Part shown: piece after piece, positions 63,170 through 64,000 of the stretch
Layout of the letters: each line of letters starts with the position of its first letter
Position numbering within the stretch: the stretch's first letter is position 1
Assembly (NCBI GenBank): GCA_976551045.1
Contig: CDPCPM010000233.1
Coordinates: 62,001-126,000, forward strand
Source: Glaucostegus cemiculus
Lineage: Eukaryota
Length of the DNA: 64,000 nucleotides
Reading direction: 5' to 3'
The notes under the pieces: generated by a model
The model's database searches: none
Seen by the model: the letters and a program-made list of their open reading frames with translations, nothing else
Told to the model about the DNA's origin: nothing
Made by a program: the position numbers and the translations under genes

Positions 63170-63900
63170 TTGCAGAAGCCAAGAGAAGTGTAGAAAATCC
63201 AAGCGTGAAATTGTAAAGGGAATTGAGAGAAAATGGATGCACTAAAACTTGTGGGAAAACCAAGGAAACTCCCAGAGTCTTTTTATATAAAGGGAGATGA
63301 GATAAGAGACTTCTGTCTAATTAGGGACAAAAGGGATAATTGTAGTGTGGTGGCAAAAGTTATGAGACACTAAATGGAACATTTTGTCTCTCCTCCACTC
63401 TCGTAAAGACTAACATTGAAGTTGGGGAATAAGCATGTTAAATATGTGACTCTAAAATTATAGAGAGCAAATATTGAGGAACCAGTAACTTGAAAAGTGG
63501 ATAGATACATTGCCAGTCTGGAATGAAATCTATCTCAGGTGATAGAAGCATGAAAGTCTGAGCAGAGGCTATTTCCTATCTTTTTGACAAACTTAATGGC
63601 TTGGTACCTTGATTCACTCATTGCTTTAAAAGGGTGTCAGACAGTATTTACAGACATGCTAACCTAATATCCATAGTGGGGAAATTATTGGAAAAACAGA
63701 ATACAGATTTGGGGAGGTGCAGTTTAAACAAAGGCAGTCCATATGGATTTAAGTTGATTTATTGGGTTTAATAGCCAGTATTTGATAACAAATGTTTCTG
63801 GGAGGAGTGTAGTTGGGGCATATATCTATTTTAGCACTATATTCAACTATGTTTTGTGTGGGAAAACTAGGAAGGATAAAGTTGCAGAGCCTATAGTTGG
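63170..63900 (+). mobile_element. Old CR1 ORF2 fragment
   Basis: tacagacatgctaacctaatatccatagtggggaaattattggaaaa (YRxxxLxSIVGKLLE-like) and aaggcagtccatatggattt. Confidence 0.6.
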
Positions 63901-64000
63901 AATTTAGTGGCCATCTCATCCTGCTTTGATTTTAAACAAAAATGTAACTTGCCAAACAGTATGTATTAGTGCAAATAATTGCCTGCATTTTAACCCCTGT

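Larger units (their letters stand above)
2637..64000 (+). other. CSDE1: CSDE1/UNR gene body (partial: promoter/5' UTR exons upstream and final coding exon downstream are outside the window)
   Basis: The spliced exons give one continuous ORF, MSFDPNLLHNNGH...[10 protein letters not shown], with repeated FGFI...FFH cold-shock motifs, colinear with vertebrate CSDE1. All introns are GT-AG and all phases match. Confidence 0.97.

Noticed and set aside
1-64000. Prokaryotic-type systems (operons, CRISPR arrays, defence islands)
   Set aside because: The sequence is a spliced vertebrate gene, with no repeat-spacer arrays or long unspliced ORFs.

Overview
Eukaryotic (vertebrate) genomic DNA, AT-rich and CpG-poor. 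The repeat content (CR1, Penelope-like GIY-YIG, Rex/Babar-type LINEs, tRNA-derived SINEs) suggests a cartilaginous fish; that assignment is an inference. The whole window lies inside one + strand gene, CSDE1 (UNR, cold shock domain-containing E1). I traced 17 phase-compatible GT-AG coding exons from the ATG at 4327 to 62732 (2352 nt, 784 codons), plus an upstream alternative exon encoding a 46-aa N-terminal extension (2644-2781). The promoter, first exons and last coding exon lie outside the window. Introns are filled with decayed retroelements. The most unusual observation is a 69-nt copy of the very start of one CSDE1 intron, beginning at the GT donor, inserted about 2 kb upstream inside a CR1 element and flanked by a 6-bp direct repeat. 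Other observations are a solo LTR nested in the same CR1, stacked competing donors with RBFOX-type motifs after the cassette exon, and an FFH-to-FFR change in the last cold-shock domain. Comparisons to human CSDE1 are from memory, not from a database search, and repeat boundaries are approximate.
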